This document shows positions 30,131 to 40,714 of a stretch of DNA of 64,000 nucleotides, piece after piece. Numbering within the stretch: the first letter of the stretch is position 1; every line of letters begins with the position of its first letter. The notes under the pieces are model-generated. The model had not been told where the DNA came from. It worked only from the letters and a program-made list of their open reading frames with translations, and did not search any database. The stretch is from a virus. The stretch lies in the IMG/VR virus record IMGVR_UViG_3300034024_000020, positions 1 through 64,000 of that record; one strand, written 5' to 3'. The translations under genes were made by a program, and so were the position numbers.

Positions 30131-31504
30131 ATGAATCTTATTCTTGACACTGACAGCTATAAATTGAGTCACTTTGCAGGTTATCCTGCCGATGCAGAAA
30201 TCGTATATTCTTATGCGGAAAGTCGTGGCGGACGCTACGATGAACTAGTATTTCTAGGCCTTCAGGCTTTTCTTATGAAGTACTTGAGTGTGCCTATTAC
30301 TCAAGATAATATTGAAGAGGCTGAACTTTTTGCAAAAATGCATGGAGAGCCTTTTAATCGCGAGGGCTGGGAACATATTCTAAATGTTCACGACGGTTAT
30401 CTCCCGCTTCTTATTAAGGCCGTTCCCGAAGGAACTGTTATTCCGCCTCATCACATCATGGCCAGTGTAGAGAACACTGATCCTAAACTTCCGTGGCTAA
30501 CCTCTTACATTGAAACTGCGCTTATACGAATGTGGTATCCTATCACTGTTGCTAGCCGTATTCATAAGATGAAAAAGCGTATCAAGCCTTATTATGATCG
30601 CACCTCTGACGAGGGCTTCATGGGCTTTAGTATCCTTGACTTTAGCTCTCGTGGAGTTAGCTCTTTCGAAAGCAGTCAAATCGGTGGACTGGGTCATCTT
30701 GCTAGTTTTAGTGGCTCTGACAACATTCCTGCCGTCCTGTTTGCTCGTAAGTATTACGGAGCAGAAATGGCTGCGTTGAGCGTACCTGCTACCGAGCATA
30801 GCATTATGACCGCTTTCGGTCAGGATAATGAGCTTGAGTCCTTCAAATATCTGATTGAACATATGATGCCCTATGGTGGTATTCTTAGCGTAGTCAGTGA
30901 CACTTGGAATGTATATGAAGCTGCTCGCAAGTGGGCTAGTCTTGCAGGACATGTTAGAGCGAAGAAGGGAACTCTGGTAGTTCGCCCTGATAGTGGTGAT
31001 TTTAGGGAAGTCCTTCCTACTGTTCTTCGTATTCTTCATCAGGGTTTTGGTTACACTACCAATAAGAAGGGCTTCCATGTTCTTAACGACGTGAAGGTTC
31101 TTCAGGGCGATGGTATTACTGAAGACACGGCCCATATTCCTTTCGAGATTGCAGAGGACATGGGTATTAGTGCTGATAGTATCATGACTGGTAGCGGTGG
31201 TGGTCTTATGTCTCACGATATCGACAGGGATACTTCTAAGTTCGCTTTCAAGGCATCTCACGTTATTCGTAACGGCGTAGGCATGGATATTGCTAAGAAC
31301 CCAATCACTGATCCGGGTAAGCGTAGCAAGATGGGCAGGCTGGCTCTAGTGGGTGAGGATTTCGACCATTATGAAACTGTCAACATTGCTGATAGTATCA
31401 TGCACGAGATGTTCGATATTCTGGAACCAGTATATCTTAACGGAAAGATAGTAAGGTATCAAACTTTAGATGACATTAGACAGCGGCTCGAAGCTAGCCT
31501 TTAA
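30131..31504 (+). CDS. nadV: Nicotinamide phosphoribosyltransferase (NAMPT)
   Basis: DTDSYKLSH, SVPATEHS, SVVSDT, VVRPDSG, QGDG, K.PITDPGKRSK.G. Confidence 0.93.
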   Translation: MNLILDTDSYKLSHFAGYPADAEIVYSYAESRGGRYDELVFLGLQAFLMKYLSVPITQDNIEEAELFAKMHGEPFNREGWEHILNVHDGYLPLLIKAVPEGTVIPPHHIMASVENTDPKLPWLTSYIETALIRMWYPITVASRIHKMKKRIKPYYDRTSDEGFMGFSILDFSSRGVSSFESSQIGGLGHLASFSGSDNIPAVLFARKYYGAEMAALSVPATEHSIMTAFGQDNELESFKYLIEHMMPYGGILSVVSDTWNVYEAARKWASLAGHVRAKKGTLVVRPDSGDFREVLPTVLRILHQGFGYTTNKKGFHVLNDVKVLQGDGITEDTAHIPFEIAEDMGISADSIMTGSGGGLMSHDIDRDTSKFAFKASHVIRNGVGMDIAKNPITDPGKRSKMGRLALVGEDFDHYETVNIADSIMHEMFDILEPVYLNGKIVRYQTLDDIRQRLEASL

Positions 31505-31877
31505 ACCTGGTACAATTGTTAATCTATCAAATGGGGTCGGTGTTCGCATCGGCCCCAATTGGTGTGTTACCCATTTGCCTAACGGAAAAGAAGTACATGC
31601 ACACCCTACCGGAACAGCAGACTTTAAAGGGCTAGGTTATAATGACGAAGATACCTTAACAAGGGAGCATGATCTGTTGCATTCGAAACTTATGAATTGG
31701 TTGGGAGCTCCTTATAGTTATTCTCTAATGCAGGCAGCTGGTTGCAGTATTGATCCTAACATATCCGCTTATGAAGAAGACGCCGTATTAAAGCTTCATA
31801 TACTTATGAATGCGTTGAAAAATAATTCTTGACTTTTAGGTCTAGATAGGGTATATTAGAGAAGATCGGAGATTAAT

Positions 31878-32549
31878 GTGAACCTCTTTTACCTAGATGA
31901 AGACCTAGAAAAGTGTGCTCAATACCATATAGATTCTCATGTAGTCAAAATGCCTCTAGAAGCGGCACAACTTTTAACTACTACAGTATGGGTTGACAGA
32001 TTAATAGGATATGCACCAAGAAAGCTATCGGCAGAAGAACTCGCCGTAATAAAAGACTTTAAAGCAACTCAGCCCGCTATTGATGAGCGAACTTTTACAA
32101 GATTTCTGCCAACACATCCCAACCATCCTTGTGCTATCTGGACCAGAACCTCTCTAGCCAATTACGAATGGGTATTTGGCTATTGTGACGCTCTTAATAG
32201 TGAATGGCAATATAGGTACGACCACGATAATGATCACAAAGCATTTACCGCAGCACTTAGTCTTCCCGAACCGGCCCGTTTACCCAACAAGGGACTTACG
32301 GAGCGGCCCTTGTGTATGCCCGCAGACTGCTTTGACGACGATCCGATACACGCTTATCGACTTTATTATATGGTCGATAAGGCTGATTTTGCGGTTTGGA
32401 AGAAGAGACAATATCCGCCTTGGTGGGATCTAGATTTCGTAGAGTATTCCGGAAAAGATCCTCATCAATCTTACATAAATACAACAATGGCTCCTACCAA
32501 CAGGGGCAAACCTCACGGACAGGAGAGACTTTATTATGTGCGCAGTTAG
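31878..32549 (+). CDS. Pyrimidine-dimer glycosylase-like (Pyr_excise-related) protein
   Basis: MNLFYLD...H.D.HVVKM.LE.AQLL; THPNHPCAIW. Confidence 0.65.
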   Translation: MNLFYLDEDLEKCAQYHIDSHVVKMPLEAAQLLTTTVWVDRLIGYAPRKLSAEELAVIKDFKATQPAIDERTFTRFLPTHPNHPCAIWTRTSLANYEWVFGYCDALNSEWQYRYDHDNDHKAFTAALSLPEPARLPNKGLTERPLCMPADCFDDDPIHAYRLYYMVDKADFAVWKKRQYPPWWDLDFVEYSGKDPHQSYINTTMAPTNRGKPHGQERLYYVRS

Positions 32550-33213
32550 TATGATTGCAGACGACTGGACAAAGAGAAATAGACCAAGAATTGATCCCTT
32601 CATAGTTCCTTATCCTGCGCCGAGCCCGCCTAATTGGGATAATATTTTACCCATGCTACCTCAAGTGTCTAGGCAGGAATTTGATGATCTAAAGAAAGAA
32701 GTAGAAAAACTACGAGAAGACCTTATCAAAGCCAAGAAGCAGGACGAAGAGGACGGAAATCCGGATTGCGAGATGGAAGAGAAGATAGAGTTTCTCAGAA
32801 AGGTAGCCGACTTCGTCGGCGTGCCTTTGGAGGACATACTTCGTGCACAAAGCTAAAGCCATAGAATATCTGGACGAACGTATAAAACGCCTAGGTCGAG
32901 GTCTGAATTCAATTCGTCAGTTACAGGATCAAATTCTACCAGATGAACTTGAGAGCAAGCTCGATGAAGTAGAGCTACTTCTAAGAGGCTACATACATAA
33001 ATTAGAGGAAGACCTTAATGCGTCTTGATTGTCCTAGGGAAGATTGTCGTATTCAGAATAGGGGTACATCTTCTACTCTTATGGGATGGACTCCTACCTA
33101 TGATAAATATGGTAGGCAGCTAAATTCTAATCCAAATACAGTTAAAACTCACTTTCACTGCCTAACGTGCGGAGAAGCGTGGATTCGTAAAACTAAATCA
33201 GGAGTTACCACCA

Positions 33214-33879
33214 TTGAACGAATGTAAATTAGTAGCCTTAACTACTCCAAGAGTAGAAGGTGTAAATTCCGCAGAAGAGTTTATTGCTTATGCAGCTCGT
33301 GTAAGCAACCCTGCAAATCAGAACAATAGTGAAACAGCAGCAAAACTTGTTCGCTACCTTATGAAGAATAATCATTGGTCGCCGTTTGAAATGGTGTCAA
33401 TGACTCTTGAAATTCGTACCACTCGTGACATTGCCCGTCAGATTCTTCGCCATCGCTCTTTCTCCTTTCAGGAGTTTAGTCAGCGATATGCTGAAGCAAC
33501 GGAATTCGTCACTAGAGAGGCCAGACTTCAAGATACGAAGAATCGTCAGAATAGCATTGAAATTCGTGATGATAGTAGAGATATTGCGATCGTTCAAGAA
33601 TGGGAACAGAATCAGAAGAACATTCTAGAACTGGTCCAGCTTATTTACACCAATGCCCTCAAGAAGGGCGTTGCTAAAGAGCAAGCGCGCTCCATCCTCC
33701 CAGAAGGATGTACTGTTTCAACATTGTACATGGCTGGAACATTGCGTTCATGGATTCACTATTGTGGACTTCGTATGGCTAATGGGACTCAAAAAGAACA
33801 TATGGAAGTAGCAAAAAGTGCTTGGCAGATCATTGAAGCCGAATTTCCAAGCATAGCGGAGGCAGTACATGGACTCTAG
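33214..33879 (+). CDS. thyX: Flavin-dependent thymidylate synthase
   Basis: HWSPFEM and RHRSFSFQEFSQRY signature. Confidence 0.93.
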   Translation: MNECKLVALTTPRVEGVNSAEEFIAYAARVSNPANQNNSETAAKLVRYLMKNNHWSPFEMVSMTLEIRTTRDIARQILRHRSFSFQEFSQRYAEATEFVTREARLQDTKNRQNSIEIRDDSRDIAIVQEWEQNQKNILELVQLIYTNALKKGVAKEQARSILPEGCTVSTLYMAGTLRSWIHYCGLRMANGTQKEHMEVAKSAWQIIEAEFPSIAEAVHGL

Positions 33880-34492
33880 AATTGATTATGTAGTAGAAGA
33901 CTTAGCTTATGAAATGATGGCTAAGCTAGAAGCTGTGAACGATTATAAAGGAGACTCTTGGAAGTCGAAAGATTGGGAACAGACTTGGCGTCGAAAGATG
34001 CATTATCATTTCAAAAGCGGAAATTTGATCGACTTGGCTAACTATATAGCTTTCGGTCTGTATCATGGATGGGAATTATGAGAGCATCATTAAACATTAA
34101 CTTTCCTTTAAGAGGAGAGCAGAGTTATGGGGGTCAATACGTTTGGCCTGAAGTAACTCCACAAAAGTGGGAGGAGATCGTAGATCAACTCTCTAGAATA
34201 CGTTATTTGGACGGGATGAAGGTAGAATTTAAATGCAAGTAAGTTATAGAACAAGTGACGGAACCTACGGAAGAGGCACTGCAGGATTCATTGACCACGC
34301 CTTAATCTTTACAGAAGATAAGAGGCTAGATGAAATTGTACTTATCGGCGGTCAATCAGAAAAGGCGGTGAGTGCTAGCATATTGACATTCGTCGTGAGA
34401 AATGTAGAAGACTTCACCTATACAGAAAATAGTTCTTGACATTGAGCTCAATTTTGTGTAATATGGGTCTTCATTCGACAATGGAGGGCTAA

Positions 34493-35182
34493 GTGGCTCG
34501 AATTAAGAAGAAAGAACATGAAAAGCTTGACGATGAGAACATCGCTCAAGTTATTGCTCTTCTCGAAGCAACTAAACCCATAACGAAGAAGCAAGCTTAT
34601 GAGCGGCTAAATATTGCTGCTAATCCTAGCAGGCTTCAGAAAATTATTGATGATTACAAAGAACGTAAGGAACGTACAGAGAGGTTTCGCGCTGAGAAGC
34701 GAGGAACTCCTGCTACAGAACAAGAAATCCAAGAAGTAATTCGGGGTTATCTTGATGGAAGTCCTTTCAGTGAAATAGCTGATGGTCTGTATCGTCCTTC
34801 TTCTTTCGTAAAGAATATCATTGAAAAAGTAGGCGTACCGGCAAGAAACTCAGGTGATTATTTTCACCCTGATCTATTGCCAGAACAATGTGTTAGGGAA
34901 ACCTTTGAAGAAGGCCAAATTGTTTGGAGCTGTCGCTACCAAGCACTAGCGATCATCATCAAAGAAGTTCCTAGCAACTCGGAGTATAAAGTCTATCAGG
35001 TTTATATTATTGAACCAATAGAGGAGGTATCTCCTTACTTCCCACACCTTGACGGGTATGGGGGCCGCTACGCTGCACAGGCAGCGTTCGACTTGGGTAG
35101 CTTGGAACATCTTAAAGAACATGGAGTAGATGTTTACAAGCCTTTTAGAGCATATTTCCAGAATATGCTTAAAGGGAGGTAA
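34493..35182 (+). CDS. Conserved T5-like HTH-containing protein
   Basis: Promoter 34436; GGAGG RBS; YLDG...SEIA..LYR..SFVK HTH-like segment. Confidence 0.65.
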   Translation: MARIKKKEHEKLDDENIAQVIALLEATKPITKKQAYERLNIAANPSRLQKIIDDYKERKERTERFRAEKRGTPATEQEIQEVIRGYLDGSPFSEIADGLYRPSSFVKNIIEKVGVPARNSGDYFHPDLLPEQCVRETFEEGQIVWSCRYQALAIIIKEVPSNSEYKVYQVYIIEPIEEVSPYFPHLDGYGGRYAAQAAFDLGSLEHLKEHGVDVYKPFRAYFQNMLKGR

Positions 35183-35188
35183 CATGAA

Positions 35189-35554
35189 TTGCTGGTACAT
35201 GAGCACCTAATTATTCGCGCAGACGTGAACAACGGACCTCGGGATATAACTGAAATAAATCACTGGATGAAAAAGCTTATAGCTGATCTAGGTATGAAAG
35301 TGATGATGGGTCCGTACGCAGCTTACGCTGATATGGGAGGTAATCGTGGACTGACTGCTGCTGCAATTATTGAGACTAGTCATATAGTTTTACATTGCTG
35401 GGATGAATGTCAGCCTAACATGCTTCAGCTAGATGTATATTCATGCGCTCCTGTAGATAAAGATGTTGTACTAGAAGCCATTAGACAATTTGATCCTGTC
35501 AGCGTTGATTATAAGTTTCTCGATAGAGAGCATAAATTCATAGCATTGGTTTAA
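35189..35554 (+). CDS. speD: S-adenosylmethionine decarboxylase proenzyme
   Basis: IETSH autocleavage motif and LDVYSC. Confidence 0.8.
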   Translation: MLVHEHLIIRADVNNGPRDITEINHWMKKLIADLGMKVMMGPYAAYADMGGNRGLTAAAIIETSHIVLHCWDECQPNMLQLDVYSCAPVDKDVVLEAIRQFDPVSVDYKFLDREHKFIALV

Positions 35555-35613
35555 AAAGTTCTTGACTTCGAGCCCAAAATTTCATATAATGGATCATAAG
35601 AAACGGAGATAAA

Positions 35614-35778
35614 ATGAAGAATAAATTTGCACTTCTAGCGGCTGTATCACTTCTTGCTCTTTCTGCTTGCGATAGCGGAAAGCCAGAAGATTCGGCCACT
35701 AACTCAACTCAGACAGAATATTCCGATAACGGAACTACCACTGTCGAAACAAATACTGTTACTGAGAACACTCAGTAA
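35614..35778 (+). CDS. Small lipoprotein
   Basis: MKNKFALLAAVSLLALSAC lipobox; Thr-rich tail; own promoter at 35562. Confidence 0.7.
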   Translation: MKNKFALLAAVSLLALSACDSGKPEDSATNSTQTEYSDNGTTTVETNTVTENTQ

Positions 35779-36043
35779 CGTATTGGTGGAGCCCGATCTT
35801 ATGATCGGTCCTTGATCGTTTCCGGTCACCGTTAAACCGGGTTTTACTCAACGGAAGGAATTTTTATAATGGATCGTGTTAACGCTTTTGTAATCTCGAA
35901 CCCTTACCTCTCACTCGCCGTCACCTTCGTGCTCGGCGCTCTAATTTTCTAGGAGACACCATGAATAACCGAAACGTCTGGACTTTTTCGACATTTGGAC
36001 TAGTAGCCCTAATCGTAGTTGTCGCGCTCGTCTTCTAATTTAA

Positions 36044-36120
36044 TCCCCGTTGTGCTACCAGGTAAGGCAGCTAGGCTTTGACCCTAGTGTGTGTCAGTTC
36101 GAGTCTGACGCGGGGATCCA
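36044..36120 (+). tRNA. tRNA-Gln(TTG)
   Basis: Cloverleaf; loop ctTTGac; CCA. Confidence 0.85.
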
Positions 36121-36381
36121 TTTTTACAGAAAGAAATTTACATGGCAATGAACTTTTTCGGAACCCCTCCTAAACAGGAGAATCTAGCCGATATTTTGAG
36201 CGTTTTTGATACGGTCACTGCACGACTAGATACGTTCCAAGCTGAACAAGAGGGTGCAGCTGTTAGTGAGCGTGCTGAGATTGAGGCCCTTCAAGCTTCT
36301 CTTGCTGCTCGTACCGCTGAGATTGAGCGTGCTGCACGCGTCAGGGATAAGGTCACTGCCATTACGACCTAAACAATATAT

Positions 36382-36472
36382 GGAGCAGAGAAGCGGGGCG
36401 GCCCCCGTCTCCGTCTTGAAAACGGAAGGTACCAGGGATGGTATGGAGATCGACACTACCCCTGCTCCGCCA
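36382..36472 (+). tRNA. tRNA-Ser(TGA), atypical D and T arms
   Basis: ggagcag/ctgctcc; loop ctTGAaa; long variable arm; CCA. Confidence 0.75.
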
Positions 36473-36486
36473 TATAAGGAGATAAC

Positions 36487-36756
36487 ATGAGAAATTCAAT
36501 TCTAGCAGCAGTAGCTGCGGCTGTACTTGCAACTGGAGCAGCCGCTCCCGCTGAGGCACAGCGTGTAAGCGGAGAAGTCAGTATTCGTATTGGTGATCGA
36601 AACGATTATCAGTATAGAGATTATAGACGTTATCGTCGTTGTTACGCAAATGAAGTTCTTGTACGTGACGTCTATAGCGGACGACGTTATTGTATGAGCC
36701 AGCGCGAATATCATCGTTACCTTCGTAATCAGCGTCGCGATTACTACCGCTACTAA
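36487..36756 (+). CDS. Secreted Arg/Tyr-rich protein
   Basis: AAGGAG RBS; Ala-rich signal peptide with AEA cleavage site. Confidence 0.7.
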   Translation: MRNSILAAVAAAVLATGAAAPAEAQRVSGEVSIRIGDRNDYQYRDYRRYRRCYANEVLVRDVYSGRRYCMSQREYHRYLRNQRRDYYRY

Positions 36757-36762
36757 TTATAT

Positions 36763-36833
36763 GCCGGTCCTATGGTAGGCCTGCGGCTCTCATAAGGCTG
36801 CGTGGGGGAGATCGTTACTCCTGACCGGTACCA
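36763..36833 (+). tRNA. tRNA-Met/Ile2(CAT), short D arm
   Basis: gccggtc/gaccggt; loop ctCATaa; CCA. Confidence 0.7.
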
Positions 36834-36991
36834 AAATTTGGAGTTCCTATGGCTGAATTTTATTATGTGCAGTGGGGCGATCTTGCCGCACTTAAATCTG
36901 AAATAACAAGGCTCAAAGAAAGAGTGCAAAAGCTGGAATCCAGTGAATATGGCACCACTATGGAACTTGAAAGACTAAAATCAAAGCTTGT

Positions 36992-37067
36992 GGACGTGTA
37001 GCTCAGTTGGCAGAGCGCGGGACTCTTAATCCTTAGGTCGTGGGTTCGAACCCCACCTCGTCTACCA
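36992..37067 (+). tRNA. tRNA-Lys(CTT)
   Basis: Canonical cloverleaf; CCA. Confidence 0.9.
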
Positions 37068-37141
37068 TTTTATGGCAGGTCTCTTAGTAAGAGTCGCGAT
37101 GTATACTAGCAAATAGGTGAAAGTCCTATACCTAGCCCCAA

Positions 37142-37217
37142 GGACCGTTCGTATAATAGGCTAATAGCGGGATTCTTACTCCTTGCGATCCGGGTTCAAA
37201 TCCCGGGCGGTCCTCCA
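37142..37217 (+). tRNA. tRNA-Lys(CTT), U discriminator
   Basis: ggaccgt/gcggtcc; loop ttCTTac; CCA. Confidence 0.75.
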
Positions 37218-37611
37218 TTTTAGAATTCCCGAATTTAGTTCTTGACACGGAGCCCAAATCTTGATATAATGGGCATTCAAGACGCGGGGAATGACAATGT
37301 ATCCGATGACGCAAGACTACAACGGAGAGCGTTGGAGGTACAGCGGAGTTTTGAAGCAAGTAACTGGTAACAGACTAGTCACGTACCGTGACATGAAAAC
37401 GGATACAAAGTTCATCTGTTATCTAGAAGTTGACGGAAATCTCGTTGAATGGAGTCTAGCTGACGAAATTCTAAGACGTTTCGAAGAGGGAGAAATCAAC
37501 AAATGAGTAGTTGTAGAACAAGAGATATTCCTAGTGGTACTCAGACTGTAATCAGACCTATTCTTAGAGAAGATATTCCAGGTGGCTGAAGGAACACGAG
37601 ACTAAAATAAT

Positions 37612-37695
37612 GGACCGGGAACCTAATCCTGATTGGCTGAAAGGGCTGGGCTTTTAATCCAGTGGTTGGGGGTTCGAATCCTCCCCGGTTCTCCA
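37612..37695 (+). tRNA. tRNA-Lys(TTT), enlarged D loop
   Basis: Loop ctTTTaa; T loop ttcgaat; CCA. Confidence 0.8.
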
Positions 37696-37960
37696 TAATC
37701 CCGAAAGGGATGGTATGCTCCTGCCTAAGCGGAGTCGCATTACGGTCTTTCTGCGTTATGAAAGTATCGGGCCCTGACACCCGTTGGATGAAAGTCGGGG
37801 GCGCTAGAAGTGGACGGCATCTAGCGCACTATAGAGTTTTTATTGCCGTGTGGCCGAGAGCTAACCTACAAGGGACCCCTTATCCACCTAGTGATTGTTC
37901 AGATGATACGGAAAGATCGGCTTAAGCCGTGCTCTGTTGACTTCTCCTTCAGCGGCATAT

Positions 37961-38035
37961 CAGGGTGAGCGAAAATGGTAATCTGTCGAGGCTTGGACCC
38001 CGACGAACTCGGTTCGATTCCGAGCACCCTGACCA
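37961..38035 (+). tRNA. tRNA-Pro(TGG)
   Basis: cagggtg/caccctg; loop ctTGGac; CCA. Confidence 0.8.
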
Positions 38036-38093
38036 TTTACGGAACGCTGAAGGTTAGAATGTCGAGCTCTAGCAGGTGAAAACCTTTCCATTT

Positions 38094-38171
38094 CCGGGTG
38101 TAGCTCAGTCAGGTCAGAGCACTCGCTTTGGGAGCGAGGGGCCGCAGGTTCGAATCCTGCTACCCGGACCA
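38094..38171 (+). tRNA. tRNA-Pro(TGG)
   Basis: Canonical cloverleaf; CCA. Confidence 0.92.
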
Positions 38172-38365
38172 TTTATGTCGGTAGTTCCTCACAGGGGGAA
38201 CGTGTTCTAATGCTTGCTCAGCTTAGGAGCCGACGCCACTTTATCGGGCGGGTAGCGAAAGCGAGCCGTCCGACCAATTTATCGCAGTCGGGCACAGACC
38301 CCTATAGATCGCCGGTGAGGATACACTGCGTGACTGCGGCCAAGTTCACACAACAAGGAGAATAT

Positions 38366-38845
38366 ATGTTTAAGACACTATTTGCAGCTACTGCTGCCCT
38401 AGCATTAACTGCAACGCCAGCTCTGGCTCGTACCAACGACGCCTTTGTTGGACCACGCGTAGAAGCTAATGTCGGCTTTGCTGACGTTGGTAACGATGAT
38501 GTCAATTATGGTATCAGCGCAGGATTCGATGCGCCAGTCGCTGATCGAATTACTTTAGGTGTGGATGTGGATGGACAGAATATATTCGAGGGACATAGAA
38601 CCCTCGGTGTAGGAGCTCGTCTAGGTGCTGCTGTGAGTCCAAAGACTCTAGTTTTCGGCCGCGTCGGATATAGCCGAAGCGACCTTAACGATAATAGCTT
38701 AGACCTAGAGGGTCTGGCTGCTGGCGGTGGAGCACAGTTTGCTCTGACAAACAACGCTTACGTATCAACAGAATACCGTTACACTGATTTCAATCAGGGA
38801 CGTGGAGATCATGGGGTCCGAGTAGGACTTGGTTTGCGCTTCTAA
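38366..38845 (+). CDS. Outer-membrane beta-barrel protein (OmpA-like TM domain / small porin)
   Basis: Signal peptide (PALA); alternating beta strands; EYRYTDF; C-terminal GLGLRF. Confidence 0.85.
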   Translation: MFKTLFAATAALALTATPALARTNDAFVGPRVEANVGFADVGNDDVNYGISAGFDAPVADRITLGVDVDGQNIFEGHRTLGVGARLGAAVSPKTLVFGRVGYSRSDLNDNSLDLEGLAAGGGAQFALTNNAYVSTEYRYTDFNQGRGDHGVRVGLGLRF

Positions 38846-38871
38846 GGCGTAATCCTTGGCACCATGATGCA

Positions 38872-38906
38872 GCCCGGCCTGATTAAGTTCAGGCCGGGTT
38901 TTTTAT
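38872..38906 (+). terminator. Intrinsic terminator
   Basis: gcccggcctga-ttaagt-tcaggccgggt-tttttt. Confidence 0.8.
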
Positions 38907-39203
38907 TGGCTTTTGCCAAGGGAACTCTGCGTTCAAATTGCCTGATAGGTCTCAGAATTTAGTTCTTGACATGGAGGCCAAAAGTTGTTATAATGGGTCT
39001 CAATAAGCGGGAAGGCTCATAAAATGTTAGATCAAGTAGTCGAAGGTCTTAAGTCTTACCTCAAAGACCCTGCTAGTACTGACTATCAAAAGGGTTATCT
39101 GGCTGCTCTTATTGATCTTTATGCTCATCCTGGTAGGGTTGGAGCTTTATCTCCAGGTGAGTTTGTAGCTCTTCAACATCAGATACATTGATTATTTTCT
39201 TGT

Positions 39204-39290
39204 GCCTCCGTGGCGAAGTTGGTAGACGCGCTAGGTTTAGGTCCTAGTGGAAGAGATTCCGGGCAGGTTCGACCCCTGTCGGAGGTACCA
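39204..39290 (+). tRNA. tRNA-Leu(TAG)
   Basis: Type II cloverleaf; CCA. Confidence 0.9.
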
Positions 39291-39475
39291 GAAAGTAATC
39301 AGAAAGGCTAAAATGTATTACATTATGCGTGTTAATACTGATCCTCAAGGTGGCGGTGCTCATTTTGTTGGAGTAGCTGAAGTTAAGCACAATCTCAACG
39401 ATGCACGTGAATGGATAGAAGACAACACGAAAAGTTCGTGGGATGCTTTTGAGATTATGCAAAAGGTAGATTAAT

Positions 39476-39562
39476 GCCCCCTTGGTGAAGTTGGTAGACG
39501 CGACAGACTTAAAATCTGTTGGCCTTCGGGTCGGGCCGGTTCGATTCCGGCAGGGGGTACCA
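39476..39562 (+). tRNA. tRNA-Leu(TAA)
   Basis: Type II cloverleaf; CCA. Confidence 0.9.
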
Positions 39563-39568
39563 TTTAAT

Positions 39569-39653
39569 GGGTAGTTAAAGTCGTTTGGATACGGCAGCCT
39601 GACTGTAAATCAGGTCTGTAATGGGAGAGGTTCGAGTCCTCAACTACCCACCA
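39569..39653 (+). tRNA. tRNA-Tyr(GTA)
   Basis: Loop ctGTAaa; CCA. Confidence 0.85.
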
Positions 39654-40009
39654 TTTTAGGTATTGACCATGTCAGTAGTTCAGTTTTTCTTTGATCGCTT
39701 TCACAGAGCGATCCAGATGGATGGAGTTCACAGTTCTAGTCTAAGAAATCAGCTAGACGCTGATGAATGGATACAGGCATATAAGAATACCCTGAGTAAG
39801 AATCAGCTGGACAAATTCGACAAAGAATGGGCTAAGTGCGAAGAAGCGCTTAGACTAGCTCGAAGAAAGGCTGATTTTGGCAAGTAATGGCAGCGTGGAG
39901 TCGATAGGGACACGCGTGCGACCTCGTCAAGCACAAAGGGCTAGCGTTTGAGCCTTCACCCTGGACAAGTGAAGGGTAAGTTAGCGACGAGACGTTCCTC
40001 TCTTTAGGT

Positions 40010-40086
40010 GTGGCCGAGGCTGACTTGGTTGAGGCGCTGGTTTGTGGTACCAGAGATAGCGGGTTCGACCCCCGCCGGTCACCCCT
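40010..40086 (+). tRNA. tRNA-His(GTG)
   Basis: gtggccg/cggtcac; C discriminator; CCA not fully encoded. Confidence 0.8.
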
Positions 40087-40349
40087 AAGGAGAGCGCTAT
40101 GAGTTACTATGATTTCCCTCAAGGCCCTTCTTTAGAAGACCTTGAAAAGGCAGCTAACGCTATTAAAACGGCACGCTTAGAACAGAACTACGGCTGGGGC
40201 TTTTATGATTATATTCCAGAGCCAACCATTAGAGAGGCTTGGGATTACGTACAAAATCAGAAGTGGCCTGACAGGTAGGTTAGCTGAAAAAAGTTCTTGA
40301 CATGATGCCCATTTTTCGATATAATGGGACTTCAAGCGGCGAGGACAAC

Positions 40350-40622
40350 ATGGCGTTCTTTTACAACGAAAATGAACCCTTCACAGGCGGAGTTATTCCT
40401 TACCATAAGGTTAACGCTAACAGGTCCTATTTGAGGCACTATGAGAACAGTTTGTTCTTGCAGTTTATGCTCAATAATGGAACGATGGAAGAACGTCGTC
40501 AGGCTAGCAAGGAACTAGCGATCTGCGATCGCAAAATGTCTCGTATGGAAAAGCACGCCAACTTCATTTGGGATGCTGTTCTTCCCGAGATTGAAAAACT
40601 AAAGAAAAATTGGCACACTTAA
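40350..40622 (+). CDS. Hypothetical phage protein
   Basis: Promoter 40297; GAGG RBS. Confidence 0.65.
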   Translation: MAFFYNENEPFTGGVIPYHKVNANRSYLRHYENSLFLQFMLNNGTMEERRQASKELAICDRKMSRMEKHANFIWDAVLPEIEKLKKNWHT

Positions 40623-40624
40623 GT

Positions 40625-40698
40625 TCGCATTAGCCGAACAAGGTGGACGGAACTGACTGTTAATCAGTGCATGAGAGGTTCGATTCCTCTAATGCGAA
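40625..40698 (+). tRNA. tRNA-Asn(GTT)
   Basis: Loop ctGTTaa; no encoded CCA. Confidence 0.8.
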
Positions 40699-40714
40699 CT
40701 TAATTGTGCTATAA

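Noticed and set aside
29396-31261. Long antisense ORFs 29396-29908 and 30497-31261
   Set aside because: Shadows of the NadM-Nudix and NAMPT genes; no RBS or motifs
38210-38365. N-terminal extension of the beta-barrel ORF
   Set aside because: Overlaps CCA-ended RNA elements; the real start is ATG 38366 with an AAGGAG RBS and signal peptide
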